A DNA stretch of 64,000 nt from Syntrophales bacterium (GTDB lineage Bacteria > Desulfobacterota > Syntrophia > Syntrophales > UBA2210): assembly GCA_963662405.2 (NCBI GenBank), contig CAXXKT010000001.1:1824001-1888000 (forward strand), written 5' to 3'. The position numbers were made by a program, and so were the translations under genes. The notes under the pieces were generated by a model. It saw nothing but the letters and a program-made list of their open reading frames with translations, did no database searches and was not told where the DNA came from. Positions 63,530 to 64,000 of the stretch are shown here, one piece after another (position 1 is the first letter of the stretch; the number at the start of each line of letters is the position of its first letter).

Positions 63530-64000
63530 TAGTCGATTTTGAAAACCCCAACCCCTACAGGGGTCTCGTATGCCAATGCCCTTTGGCAAAGAAGGCGTTG
63601 CTGAAACAATCGGCGCAAAAAGGCGGCAGCGAACCGCTGCAGCTTCCGCAAGTTCAAATCCACAGCACTGAGAATCGCATTAATCCGGTCCCCGCTGGTC
63701 CCTGTCAGACGATTCCGATCCATGCGATGCCTTCGCTTCAAATGAGCAACACCCGGTTCGATAGCCGGTCGGGGTTGCCGCCACGGCCGTCTTCCCTCGA
63801 CACCTTTTACCCACATGAACCTGAAAAGTTCCCTCATATTCGTGACCACGGTATCCCATATCAACAAAGGCACGGGTCTGTTTCCCCTAATGGGCTCAAC
63901 CTGCGAAAGAGTATCCTGCTAACGTATGCCCGGATTCCCCCGGAGTGCCCTAGCGCCCACGGATGAGCCCCCGCGACTGGTCGCCGCCATGGGCTCGTGA
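63530..64000 (-). mobile_element. Degenerate IS5-family transposase remnant (C-terminal part; continues beyond the window)
   Basis: AIEPGVAHLKRRHRMDRN...DRINAILS...NLRKL, with AFVDMGYRGH in another frame; frameshifts and stops; terminus ...TTTTCAAAATCGACTA. Confidence 0.8.

Noticed and set aside
1..64000. CRISPR array, rRNA, prophage genes, reverse transcriptase, selenoproteins
   Set aside because: None seen by eye: no regularly spaced repeats, no relevant motifs, no convincing in-frame TGA readthrough.

Overview
A 64-kb chromosomal window whose gene content suggests an anaerobic Desulfobacterota (deltaproteobacterium), probably a Syntrophales-like syntroph (inference). Most of it is backbone. 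Housekeeping genes: pcm, proC-yggT-yggU, rpsF-rpsR-DUF2232-rplI-dnaB, rpoH, a diadenylate cyclase-clpB-htpX run, ispE-tRNA-Gln-prs-rplY-pth-hppA-ychF. Other content: two very large multi-PAS hybrid kinases, a sigma54 two-component cluster, an acn-icd-aclB-aclA operon, a GT4/GH130 cluster, a formate-channel operon, and an IS5 remnant at the right edge. Two small AT-richer islets stand out. The first (about 5.0-7.9 kb) holds a Ser/Thr kinase with integron-cassette structure (minimal attC, matching GTTGGGC start, attI-like site, no integrase in the window) plus hicBA. The second (about 56.7-57.9 kb) lies between tRNA-Gln and a decayed copy of its 3' end. Both islets carry a copy of the same ~155-bp element: promoter, 9-10 aa micro-ORF and terminator. 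Other highlights are an ATP-citrate lyase with substitutions at several citrate-site and catalytic residues, and an FNT channel operon containing an OB-fold membrane protein and a 47-aa microprotein. All calls come from reading motifs by eye; no database searches were run.
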